A DNA stretch of 63,773 bases, counting the filler, from Octopus bimaculoides (lineage: Eukaryota), in NCBI RefSeq assembly GCF_001194135.2. It is 7 parts of 6 records of this genome, joined end to end, with 100 filler letters (N's around TTAATTAATTAA, not from the genome) between each part and the next. Parts side by side here need not be neighbours in the genome. Positions count along the whole stretch, not along the records: positions 62,592 to 63,773 come from NW_026348952.1; 6 more parts are not named here. One strand, 5' to 3'. This document shows, one piece after another, positions 62,648-63,773 of this stretch. The notes beneath the pieces were generated by a model. The model had not been told where the DNA came from. It saw nothing but the letters and a program-made list of their open reading frames with translations, and ran no database searches. The position numbers were made by a program, and so were the translations under genes. Each line of letters starts with the position of its first letter. Position 1 is the stretch's first letter.

Positions 62648-63504
62648 GGAGTGGCTGTGTGTTAAGTAGCCTGCTTACGTTCCACATGGTTCCGGGGGTT
62701 CAGTCTCACTTTGTTGCAACTTGGGCAGGTGTCTTCTAATATAGCCGTCCTTACTGTCCCTCCACCACTATTCCAAGACACTTTCAACGGAAATTTGTGT
62801 ATATACAGAATCTCCATAATAAATAATATTTGCATAGAAAATTTCATTAAAAAATATTCATTTTTCTCAAAGTTATGACCTTCCAAAATCCTTAGGGTAC
62901 AATTATGCCTTTATCTCCATGGTGTTAAAGGGAGATAATACTTAAACGCTTGCTATATCAAAGTCATTGCAAGAGTTGTCCTTCTTGACGTGTAAGGGAG
63001 GTAATTAGAAAAGACGTCTTGGAAAATGTAAATCGTTATAGTTATCTCCCTTAGAATGTGAATTATATTTTTGAATTCAAAATATAATTTTTTTTATCAA
63101 AGGGAGGTAACTATAACGATTTACCTTTGATAAATTTCCAAGACGCCTTTTCCAATTATCTCCCTTAGAAGACAAGAAGGATAACTCTTGCAAATACCTT
63201 AAACTAGCAAGTATTATCTCCCTTTAAAACCATAAAGGTAATGGCATAATTGTACCCTAAGGAATTTGGAAGGTCATAACTTCGAGAAAAATGAATATTT
63301 TTTCATGAGATTTTCTATGCAAATATTATTTATTATGGAGATTCTGGAGATACAAAAATCTTCGGTGAAAGTGTTTTGGAATGGGGATGGGGGGACAGTA
63401 TATACGGCTATATTAGAAGACACCTGCCCAAGGTGCCACACAGTGAGACTGATCCCCCGGAACCATGTGGTTCGTAAGCAAGCTACTTACCACACAGCCA
63501 CTCC
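62648..63504. repeat. Spacerless ~857-bp palindrome with SINE 5' halves at both ends
   Basis: Arms of 428 and 429 bp meet at GAATTC (63073-63078). ORF-track entries 62662-62886(-) and 63266-63616(+) give near-identical peptides because of the symmetry. Confidence 0.95.
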
Positions 63505-63773
63505 TGTGACAATAGGAACCAGAACTGTGTCTATTGTCTGTCAGCGCTTTCTCTACCGTAATGTTCTCGAATTTGAGAATCCTCCTTCCACTAGCAATTA
63601 CAGTTTTATTCGTTGATCATTTTTTGCCTGTAACCCTTGCTTTGCTTTGTAAACGTCACGGCCCATTGGAATACCTGACAACAGGCACCTCCTATAAAAG
63701 TCTCATCCGAGAAGGTCCGCCAACCCGTCTTCTCGCAGCTGGGTCTAGCGAAGAGTGGGCTTATTTTCAGTTG

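Noticed and set aside
62662-63616. Two near-identical ORFs beginning MEGHNFEKNEYF on opposite strands
   Set aside because: A by-product of the palindrome; they start at TTG and run into SINE sequence.

Overview
AT-rich, microsatellite-dense animal genomic DNA, about 11% N. The SINE families, the Penelope/RTE/R4/CR1-type LINE remnants and the KRAB-less C2H2 arrays point to an octopus (coleoid cephalopod); this is inference, not a database match. Six 100-bp spacers (44 N + TTAATTAATTAA + 44 N) split the window into seven stitched scaffold pieces, so adjacency across them is not supported by sequence. The only convincing host genes lie in the piece 33554-49868, a tandem C2H2 zinc-finger cluster. 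It holds two open + strand genes (35851-37527, 19 fingers; 40112-41683, 18 fingers) and a third paralog that appears broken by a ~3.1-kb internal inversion (leader and 3' flank on +, fingers on -). A conserved promoter/first-exon/GT-donor module precedes paralogs 1 and 3 but is not recognisable before paralog 2, which may therefore be an alternative last exon. The start codons of both intact genes appear to have arisen inside a decayed finger. Outside the cluster the window is SINEs, LINE and DNA-transposon remnants, hairpin MITEs and simple repeats. The most unusual non-genic structure is a spacerless ~857-bp palindrome (62648-63504) capped at both ends by the same SINE head. There are also two hammerhead-like motifs in Penelope-type termini. 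Nearly all other ORF-track entries are artefacts of N runs, microsatellites or SINEs.
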